A stretch of 64,000 nucleotides of DNA from Acidobacteriota bacterium (GTDB lineage: Bacteria; Acidobacteriota; UBA6911; RPQK01; JAJDTT01). This document shows, one piece after another, positions 59,107 to 64,000 of the stretch. Made by a program: the position numbers and the translations under genes. Location: assembly GCA_965217775.1 (NCBI GenBank), contig CBDCJH010000002.1, positions 2,272,001 to 2,336,000 of the forward strand, in the 5' to 3' direction. Within the stretch, counting starts at the first letter, position 1. Each line of letters opens with the position of its first letter. Under the pieces are notes generated by a model, which searched no databases, had not been told where the DNA came from, and saw only the letters and a list, made by a program, of their open reading frames with translations.

Positions 59107-61833
59107 CTACTCAAAGCGTAAAGAAAAGAGGTCTCCGTCCTTGATTTCAAACTTGAGGCGGATGGCCTGGCCAGCCAGATGGGCCAGGTCGGAACCGTCC
59201 TTCCAAGTGACCAGGCGGTTGGTTTCGTCCCCGAAGATCTGGGGACAGTCCTCCAGACTATAGCCCGGGAGCGCCTTCCCCGAAGCGCTTTGAATTGCTA
59301 CCCGAATGCTCCCCGCCGCTGAAGTCGAGTAATTGATACGGAGTTCAGCACCCGAGAAACGTAGAGGCTTCGTGAGTACGGATCCTCCCTGGTAAGGGGC
59401 CCGAAGCGAGACGAATCCGTCCTCTCGCAGCACTCCGCGGCGAATGCGCACGTCGGGGAGATAGTAATGTTCCATGTAATACACGGACATCTCCCCTGGT
59501 CCTGTGGGCACCAGGGTGGGACCGATCTCAATAGCGCGGGGGGCCCAGTTCTTTGGATCCGGACCCGGGCGCAGGAACGCCTCCATAAAGCGGCGGTCGA
59601 AGTGGAATCCATCGCGGCTGAACATGAACACCACGTCGGAGAGCCCGCGGAAAGACCAGTTCTTGGGATACTTTTCAAGATAAGGCTCCGGGTAATCGGG
59701 GTGAAACTTGCGGTCAGGCACCAAGCGTTTGGGAAACATCAGAACGAGGTCGGGTCGACGATAGTAGGGGGTAGCGGCATTCTTGTATAGATGCTCCAAA
59801 GGGGTAGATCCCAGGTCGATGTATTCGGGGCCGGTCCAGGTGCGGAAGTCCGGAGACGTGTAGCGCCGGATGTCGCGGACCCGGGTGAAGCGGCGCACCT
59901 CCCCGGAAGGTAGCTCCACCAGGATTCGGTTCAATTCTTCCCCGACCTGCTTGCCTTCCAGCGGAGGCGCTCCCTCGCGATACCACCCGCGAGCGTAAAC
60001 GACGTACTGCTGCCGGGCGGAATCCCACAAGGCGATGTTGTGGGAATCGAACTGGGGATCCTCCGGGGGCGCTACGATCATGGGCTCAGGTTCGCGCAAA
60101 CGCCAGCGCAGACCGTCCGGGGAAACCAGGGCATAAATGCCGGCCCGCTTCTCGCCTCCCACGGTCGGTTCCCCGCCAATGGCTTTGTAACGCTCCTCAG
60201 CGAGCGCCGCCGGATTTTCGTCCCTAAAGATTGACAGGGAGCGCCCCCGGCCTCCCGGAATTGGCCACACCAGGTTGTTTTCTCTCGAGCCCTCGTACTC
60301 GATCAGCCCCAGATCAGGTTTCGTCCAATGAATTCCGTCGGCACTCTCGGCATAGCCCGTGTGGGGAGGCAGCGAGTAATAGTTGGTGCGGTACCACATC
60401 CGGTAGCGGTCACCTTCCTTGATGACGACGGGATCGTACATGAGCCCGTCCTCGTAGGGACGGTCCGCCTCGATGACCACCTCTCGGGGTTGTGGACTGT
60501 GCAGGACTTGCCTGACGTTGTCCAGCGACTCGATTAACCACTCGTCCAGAAACAACTGAAGCTGATCCGATACCTCCAGCGCGGTTGGAGGTTCCACCGC
60601 AAAACTACCTTCGTTACGCCACCAGCGTAATTCGAGGGAGCCCCTCTCAGCGACAGCGGCAATGTCGGCCCGGCCATCCCCGTTGAAATCGTCAATGATG
60701 ACCTGATTGGCGTTGCTCCATCCTGCTTTCAGGAGGTGCCGGGTCCATCGTCCCCGGGCCTCACCAGGGTTTTCGAACCAGGCCAGGATTCCCGATCCGT
60801 GTCCGGTGGCTGCCACATCCACATCCCCGTCCCCGTCCAGGTCGCCGGCCACCGCCTCAAAGCCCCTGGGGAGTTTCTGACTGATGATGTGCTTCCTCCA
60901 CTGTAGCCGGCCCTCTTCCATCTCCAGGTTTTCGTACCAGAGGACGCCACCTCCCGGATTCTCACCCCAGCCACCCAGTGCCATTACGACGTCCAAATCC
61001 CCGTCACGGTCTATGTCAAAGGCCTCGCCATGAACCGGCTGGACCCCCAGGGTGAGGTCGATGACGTGCCTTTTCCATCGATCTCGCCCCGACCGGCCCG
61101 TGTTTTGATACCAGAGCACGATCCGTGCCACAGCGCTCGTTCCCAGAAGATCCGGCCGTCCGTCCCGGTCAAAGTCCGCCACTCGAACAGTCCGGGTGTC
61201 TTCGGGCAGCGTGTCGATCGGCTGTGCTGCCCACGGCTCCTGCCCGGTCGTGCCCGGATGGGCAAACCAGGTGAAATTGTTCCCGAGGCGCCAACTGGAG
61301 GCGGCCACGTCCGGGAAGCCGTCTTGGTTAATGTCCGCTATGTCCAGGTCATAAGCCCCGAGCAGACCGCCTTTGCTAATGTAATGACGTTTCCAGAGCA
61401 CCCCTGGCCGGAAATCCCCCGGATTCTCATACCATTTGACGTCGCCGAAGAAGTTCTCCACGATGACCACGTCGGGACGGCCGTCCCGGTTGATGTCAGC
61501 GACCCGGTGACGCTCCGGCCGGTAGGGGTCCTTTCTAGTGATAAAGTGCCGTCGAAAGTTGCCCCGGCCATCGTTTTCAAACCAGTAGAGGGCATTGTTT
61601 CCGCCGGCATCGGCACTCGTCAAATCGGGATCCCCGTCGCCGTCGATATCGGCTGCACAGATGCCATAGTTATAAGTGTAATCGCTCCAGATCAGGTGCT
61701 CCGTGAAACGGATGACGCTCGTCTCCTGGCCCACGGACCCGCCTTCGGTGCTCTTGACAGTGACCATGCCCAAGCCGACCAGCACCAGCAATGTCGCGAA
61801 ATGCGACCGCACGATGCTCTCGAACTTTTCCAT
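59107..61833 (-). CDS. FG-GAP repeat + beta-propeller GH-like fusion protein (paralogue 5)
   Basis: Seven DxDGDGxxD-type repeats, then YRMWY, YAESADGIHWTKP, FDSHNIALWD, SRDG, LREDGF and DLFSLRF. Confidence 0.8.
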   Translation of the reverse strand: MEKFESIVRSHFATLLVLVGLGMVTVKSTEGGSVGQETSVIRFTEHLIWSDYTYNYGICAADIDGDGDPDLTSADAGGNNALYWFENDGRGNFRRHFITRKDPYRPERHRVADINRDGRPDVVIVENFFGDVKWYENPGDFRPGVLWKRHYISKGGLLGAYDLDIADINQDGFPDVAASSWRLGNNFTWFAHPGTTGQEPWAAQPIDTLPEDTRTVRVADFDRDGRPDLLGTSAVARIVLWYQNTGRSGRDRWKRHVIDLTLGVQPVHGEAFDIDRDGDLDVVMALGGWGENPGGGVLWYENLEMEEGRLQWRKHIISQKLPRGFEAVAGDLDGDGDVDVAATGHGSGILAWFENPGEARGRWTRHLLKAGWSNANQVIIDDFNGDGRADIAAVAERGSLELRWWRNEGSFAVEPPTALEVSDQLQLFLDEWLIESLDNVRQVLHSPQPREVVIEADRPYEDGLMYDPVVIKEGDRYRMWYRTNYYSLPPHTGYAESADGIHWTKPDLGLIEYEGSRENNLVWPIPGGRGRSLSIFRDENPAALAEERYKAIGGEPTVGGEKRAGIYALVSPDGLRWRLREPEPMIVAPPEDPQFDSHNIALWDSARQQYVVYARGWYREGAPPLEGKQVGEELNRILVELPSGEVRRFTRVRDIRRYTSPDFRTWTGPEYIDLGSTPLEHLYKNAATPYYRRPDLVLMFPKRLVPDRKFHPDYPEPYLEKYPKNWSFRGLSDVVFMFSRDGFHFDRRFMEAFLRPGPDPKNWAPRAIEIGPTLVPTGPGEMSVYYMEHYYLPDVRIRRGVLREDGFVSLRAPYQGGSVLTKPLRFSGAELRINYSTSAAGSIRVAIQSASGKALPGYSLEDCPQIFGDETNRLVTWKDGSDLAHLAGQAIRLKFEIKDGDLFSLRFE

Positions 61834-61908
61834 ATTTCCCCTTTCCAGGTCTTTTGGCCCAAGTGGGTACTAAGACTCAATGGGTGAGATCAAGGTTGGA
61901 TCCGGAAC

Positions 61909-63474
61909 TCATTCCACAAACTGAAACGCATACAGGTCCGTATCCTGCAAGGTAAAGCGCAGACGTACAGCCTGACCCGCAATCCTGCTGACATCCGTGG
62001 AACCGCTCCAGGAAACCGTTCGGTCGATCTCATCCCCGAAGGTCTCATCCGCTTCCGGCAGCGAGTAGCCGGGGATTGGACGGCCCTTGGCGTCCTGTAG
62101 TTCAACCTTGAGTGTGCCCGCCGCCGAGCTGGCAAAGTTCACCTTCAACTTGCTTCCTTCAAACTTCAAGACTCGGGTCAGCAACTCGCCCCCCTGCATC
62201 GGCGCCGAGGCTGAGACAAATCCATCCAGGCGCAGGGTGTAGCGGCTCATCTTTCCACCTTTGCCGTGCCAATAAGCCGAGGAGGCATAGAAGGACAATT
62301 CATTGGGAGCTCCGGCCCGGTCCGCTTTCGTTTCCAGCATCTTCCAGGCCACTGTCTGGTGAGCGTAATACCACGAGTCGTCACGTTGAATGCCCGGTCG
62401 AATGAAACCTTCATTCCAGCGCTTGAACTTCACACCGTCACGGCTTGCCATGATCAGGGTTTCGGTCAAAGCTGTCCCAAAGCGTTGATGCGAGCTGGCT
62501 CTCAATTCCCGTTTCTCAAGGTCCGGAAGAGCCTTCATCGAAGCTGACCAACCCCGCTCGATATATCGTTGCGGCGTTCCCACAAGGATGTGGGGCGCCC
62601 GGTGGTAGGGCGCCACGTTGTTTATGTACATATGTTCTTCGGGAGAATCGACATAGGTCAAATCAGCATGGTTGTCCCAGTCAAGGAAATCTGCAGAAGT
62701 GGCGGTTCGAATGGCTCGGAATCCAGCCGGCTTCCAATTGTCCTTTTCGGTGACGCCGCCGGTGAAGGTTCGCCAGTAGGCACGGTACCGGCCGATGGTG
62801 GGATCCCAGAAGCCAAGGTTGGCAGAATCGAACGCACCGTTGGTGATCACCGGTTTTTCCTGCATCAAGGACCAGTGGATGCCGTCCGGGGACTTGTAGG
62901 CGAACAGTCCGCCCTCTCTCTTGATGCCGGCCAATGCCTTGTACCGTTCCTCCCTCGGGCAGGCGGGGTTCTCGTCGATCACGGGCATGAAATTATGAGT
63001 GCCAATTCCATCCACAATGATGTTGTTTTGTTTCGATCCCTCGTATTCGACAATGCCGAGTTCGGGCTTGACCCAGTGAATTCCATCCTGGCTCTGGGCA
63101 ACACAGGTGACCGGTTTGCCGTCGAATACGAGTTTGCCCGGGAGGGTGTTGAAGTTCCAACCGCGATAGTACATGCGGTAGCCGTCGCCATCCTGGATTA
63201 CGGTGTGGCTTCCGCTGGCGTTTCCTTCCCAGGGTGCATCATGTTCGATCACGACCTCGCGAAAGACCGGATGATGAAGTCGAAGTTGAGCTTTCCCTGA
63301 GAGTTGCCCGATCATGAAGTCGTCCAGGAACAACTCGCGGCGCGACCCTATGGGAACGGCCTCATCGGTGCTCTTCCGACCCGGGCGGGCCAGTAAGGCC
63401 GGACGCATGGCAGCAGTTGCCGTTATCAAGGGGATCTGATTCAAAAAGGTGCGACGATTGGTAGTCCCGTTCAC
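61909..63474 (-). CDS. Tat-exported beta-propeller GH-like protein (paralogue 6, duplicate of 47225-48790)
   Basis: Near-identical protein; GTG start replaces ATG. Confidence 0.8.
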   Translation of the reverse strand: MNGTTNRRTFLNQIPLITATAAMRPALLARPGRKSTDEAVPIGSRRELFLDDFMIGQLSGKAQLRLHHPVFREVVIEHDAPWEGNASGSHTVIQDGDGYRMYYRGWNFNTLPGKLVFDGKPVTCVAQSQDGIHWVKPELGIVEYEGSKQNNIIVDGIGTHNFMPVIDENPACPREERYKALAGIKREGGLFAYKSPDGIHWSLMQEKPVITNGAFDSANLGFWDPTIGRYRAYWRTFTGGVTEKDNWKPAGFRAIRTATSADFLDWDNHADLTYVDSPEEHMYINNVAPYHRAPHILVGTPQRYIERGWSASMKALPDLEKRELRASSHQRFGTALTETLIMASRDGVKFKRWNEGFIRPGIQRDDSWYYAHQTVAWKMLETKADRAGAPNELSFYASSAYWHGKGGKMSRYTLRLDGFVSASAPMQGGELLTRVLKFEGSKLKVNFASSAAGTLKVELQDAKGRPIPGYSLPEADETFGDEIDRTVSWSGSTDVSRIAGQAVRLRFTLQDTDLYAFQFVE

Positions 63475-63682
63475 TCTCCATCTCCTCTGCGATGATGACA
63501 ATCTTCGGTCCTGAAACGCTCTTCGGAACGTCGAGTCCAGCCTCCTTGCCCGCAGTTTTCGCCGGAAACCTGGATATAGTCCGGATTCTGTGCTATAAGT
63601 TCTTTTTTAACAACGACTTACGGAACCACGGGAGCACGGGCTTATGAACTCAGATTGTACCAGAAAAAAGCTCAGTGCTGCC

Positions 63683-63848
63683 CTAGGAGCCTGCGCGGCA
63701 GAAATTAATCTACTGCGAAAGCGTAGAATCGGTCCATATTTCCCCGATTTCTCGGCGAATAGAACAACTATGCACCTCAAAATCGTGAAAATCTGGCCTC
63801 GATTCTCCACTTTCTCGCTACGATCATTTCTACCGCGCAGACTCCTAG
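63683..63848. mobile_element. CTAG-flanked MITE (166 bp)
   Basis: TIR CTAGGAG(C/T)CTGCGCGG(C/T)AGAAAT, 21/23 match; absent from duplication copy A. Confidence 0.85.
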
Positions 63849-63901
63849 TGAGAAAAGGCTGCCCTGGGGAGGATCGAAGGGACAGGAATCTGAAATTCTC
63901 C

Positions 63902-64000
63902 ATGCCGAAGGTCCGCTCCCTGTTGCTCCTCGCGTTTCCGGCGCTTTTATACGTATGCGTATGTGCTCCCCTTCTCGCCGGCCCCAGCAGGCTGTTGCTT
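63902..64000 (+). CDS. 5' end of a duplicate of 49055-51757 (partial)
   Basis: MPKVRSLLLLAFPALL... versus MPKVGSLLLLAIPALL... Confidence 0.75.
   Translation, partial: MPKVRSLLLLAFPALLYVCVCAPLLAGPSRLLL

Larger units (their letters stand above)
61861..64000 (+). repeat. Direct segmental duplication, copy B (runs off the window)
   Basis: Matches 47181-49147 apart from scattered SNPs, small indels and a MITE insertion. Confidence 0.9.

Noticed and set aside
1-64000. tRNA/rRNA genes, integrase or prophage
   Set aside because: None recognised by eye.

Overview
64 kb of a high-GC bacterial chromosome, probably an Acidobacterium (Oar-like TonB receptor, CRTAC1/ASPIC-UnbV + TPR pair, planctomycete-type DUF1501/DUF1549-1553 cluster); the taxon is an inference. 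The left half (1-32.6 kb) holds metabolic genes: a HAD/DHS-like/RfaE-kinase sugar operon, transporters, pyk, a sulfatase, two deacylases, PqqL, a sialidase-like protein and a DgoD-like dehydratase. The right half (about 32.7-64 kb) is visibly lower in GC and begins after a broken MOSC gene. It looks like a polysaccharide-utilisation-type island with a sigma54 promoter, a TonB receptor and at least six paralogues of an uncharacterised beta-propeller glycosidase-like family, plus a >2 kb direct duplication. The mobile DNA is heavily nested. An IS110 sits at a CT core inside a 130-bp IS1380-type MITE, and its upstream non-coding region carries bridge-RNA-like guides that match the MITE target and the element's own ends, with the donor halves apparently on opposite strands. 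That MITE and a BCCT transporter lie between duplicated 3' ends of an argE-like gene. Two IS1380 copies, themselves hit by an IS1182 and an IS3 remnant, bracket an AT-rich orphan membrane-protein gene. IS1182-type and CTAG-flanked MITEs and REP hairpins are also present. All alignments were done by eye.
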